From: the human T2T-CHM13v2.0 reference genome, Homo sapiens
Assembly (NCBI RefSeq): GCF_009914755.1
Contig: NC_060944.1
Strand: one strand, 5' to 3'
DNA: 64,000 nt
Shown here: positions 62,277 to 64,000 of the stretch, one piece after another
Layout of the letters: each line of letters starts with the position of its first letter
How positions within the stretch are numbered: the first letter of the stretch is position 1
Notes under the pieces: generated by a model
Told to the model about the DNA's origin: nothing
The model's input: the letters and a program-made list of their open reading frames with translations, nothing else
The model's database searches: none
Made by a program: the position numbers and the translations under genes

Positions 62277-62381
62277 GTGAGTCCTCAGGTGGGGAGGTGT
62301 TGGGGGAGGGAGGGGAGACCACCTGTTTCTTATCTGGCCTCTCCAACTCCCCATCCTTTTTTTTTTTTTTTTTTTTTTTAG

Positions 62382-62410
62382 AAAAGGTGGCCAAGAAGCC
62401 AACCAATAAG
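62382..62410 (+). CDS. CD40: CD40 exon 8 ([10 protein letters not shown])
   Basis: T23-ag acceptor and gtaggt donor; 29 nt. Confidence 0.97.
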
Positions 62411-62933
62411 GTAGGTCACCCCTGAGAACCCGGGACAGAGTTTTGACAAACTGGGAAGATGGCCTCACGGTTGCCTATGGGGCAGTAAAACTGATTCAGA
62501 GTCTGTCTCTGCAGCCAGTGGGGTGGCAGCAGAATTGGGGACTGTCATCCCCACCCACCATGCTCCTTCCATCCAGAGCTCAATCCCCCACAGAACTGCC
62601 CCTGGCACCACTGGCAGAGCCTAACACTGGCTGTTCTTCACTCCTTTCCTGGCATTCAACGCGTGGGGAGCTGCATCTTTGGGCCTTGGGGCTGGGTCAA
62701 ATGGGTGGGAGCAAATGTGGCAGCCCCTTAAGCCCACTGGCTCCCACTCTGGAAGCTCTTCGTCGCCCTTGGTGTGGCCAGCAGGGGGCAGGAGGCACCC
62801 GAGGAATCAGCACTGACCCACCGTCTGGGAAAGGGGGGAGGGCTTGGGGAAGGGATCCGCTTCCCAGGGAGGGGCTCCTCAGAGGCACAGCTGCCCCTGC
62901 TGCTGGGGGTGACCTCACACCTTGCCTCTCCAG

Positions 62934-63092
62934 GCCCCCCACCCCAAGCAGGAACCCCAGGAGATCAATTTTCCCGACGATCTTCCTGGCTCCAACACTG
63001 CTGCTCCAGTGCAGGAGACTTTACATGGATGCCAACCGGTCACCCAGGAGGATGGCAAAGAGAGTCGCATCTCAGTGCAGGAGAGACAGTGA
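62934..63092 (+). CDS. CD40: CD40 exon 9 CDS, cytoplasmic tail with TRAF motifs ([17 protein letters not shown]), stop TGA
   Basis: ccag acceptor; the exons sum to 834 nt = 277 aa plus stop. Confidence 0.98.
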   Translation, partial: APHPKQEPQEINFPDDLPGSNTAAPVQETLHGCQPVTQEDGKESRISVQERQ

Positions 63093-63910
63093 GGCTGCAC
63101 CCACCCAGGAGTGTGGCCACGTGGGCAAACAGGCAGTTGGCCAGAGAGCCTGGTGCTGCTGCTGCTGTGGCGTGAGGGTGAGGGGCTGGCACTGACTGGG
63201 CATAGCTCCCCGCTTCTGCCTGCACCCCTGCAGTTTGAGACAGGAGACCTGGCACTGGATGCAGAAACAGTTCACCTTGAAGAACCTCTCACTTCACCCT
63301 GGAGCCCATCCAGTCTCCCAACTTGTATTAAAGACAGAGGCAGAAGTTTGGTGGTGGTGGTGTTGGGGTATGGTTTAGTAATATCCACCAGACCTTCCGA
63401 TCCAGCAGTTTGGTGCCCAGAGAGGCATCATGGTGGCTTCCCTGCGCCCAGGAAGCCATATACACAGATGCCCATTGCAGCATTGTTTGTGATAGTGAAC
63501 AACTGGAAGCTGCTTAACTGTCCATCAGCAGGAGACTGGCTAAATAAAATTAGAATATATTTATACAACAGAATCTCAAAAACACTGTTGAGTAAGGAAA
63601 AAAAGGCATGCTGCTGAATGATGGGTATGGAACTTTTTAAAAAAGTACATGCTTTTATGTATGTATATTGCCTATGGATATATGTATAAATACAATATGC
63701 ATCATATATTGATATAACAAGGGTTCTGGAAGGGTACACAGAAAACCCACAGCTCGAAGAGTGGTGACGTCTGGGGTGGGGAAGAAGGGTCTGGGGGAGG
63801 GTTGGTTAAAGGGAGATTTGGCTTTCCCATAATGCTTCATCATTTTTCCCAAAAGGAGAGTGAATTCACATAATGCTTATGTAATTAAAAAATCATCAAA
63901 CATGTAAAAA
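63093..63910 (+). other. CD40: CD40 3' UTR with candidate poly(A) signals ATTAAA 63327-63332, AATAAA 63543-63548 and ATTAAA 63884-63889
   Basis: Follows the stop codon; hexamers seen directly; the 3' end is inferred. Confidence 0.8.
63420..63720 (+). mobile_element. Old L1M(E)-like relic inside the CD40 3' UTR
   Basis: cattgcagcattgtttgtgatagtgaacaactggaa...tgtccatcagcaggagactggctaaataaa is a typical L1M 3' motif. Confidence 0.7.
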
Positions 63911-64000
63911 GAAAAACGGGGGTGAACATGCTGGGTGACATGAGCTATTTAACCTGCTGTCAGGCTCACGGAATGAGGGCATTTTCTGTAGATAAATAAG

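Noticed and set aside
62443-63195. 250-aa plus-strand ORF over intron 8/exon 9
   Set aside because: Non-ATG start in an intron, GC-rich, out of frame with CD40 and no recognisable domain.

Overview
Human genomic DNA, recognisable as chr20q13.12. Left: the 5' part of NCOA5 on the minus strand (non-coding exon 1 in a CpG island at ~23.9 kb; coding exons 2-5 down to 1069; the remaining exons lie off-window to the left). Middle: ~28 kb of repeat-rich intergenic DNA with a full-length LTR12 (ERV9) solo LTR, an RPL13 processed pseudogene inserted inside an Alu, and many Alu, MaLR and DNA-transposon relics. Right: the complete CD40 gene on the plus strand (9 exons, 834-nt CDS, 277 aa) with its NF-kB/STAT promoter. 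The most unusual observation is in NCOA5 intron 2. A ~5.4 kb, almost repeat-free tract (13238->7839, sense to NCOA5) translates by hand into long, decayed protein-like frames, with TGA-biased stops and CPLC repeats. It is bounded by an acceptor in frame with exon 2 and a consensus donor phase-compatible with exon 3, so it may be a fossil giant coding exon or nested gene. This rests on manual translation and needs homology searches. Repeat boundaries are approximate and subfamily names come from recognition, not from RepeatMasker. Most ORFs in the supplied track are Alu-derived, low-complexity or GC-rich artefacts.
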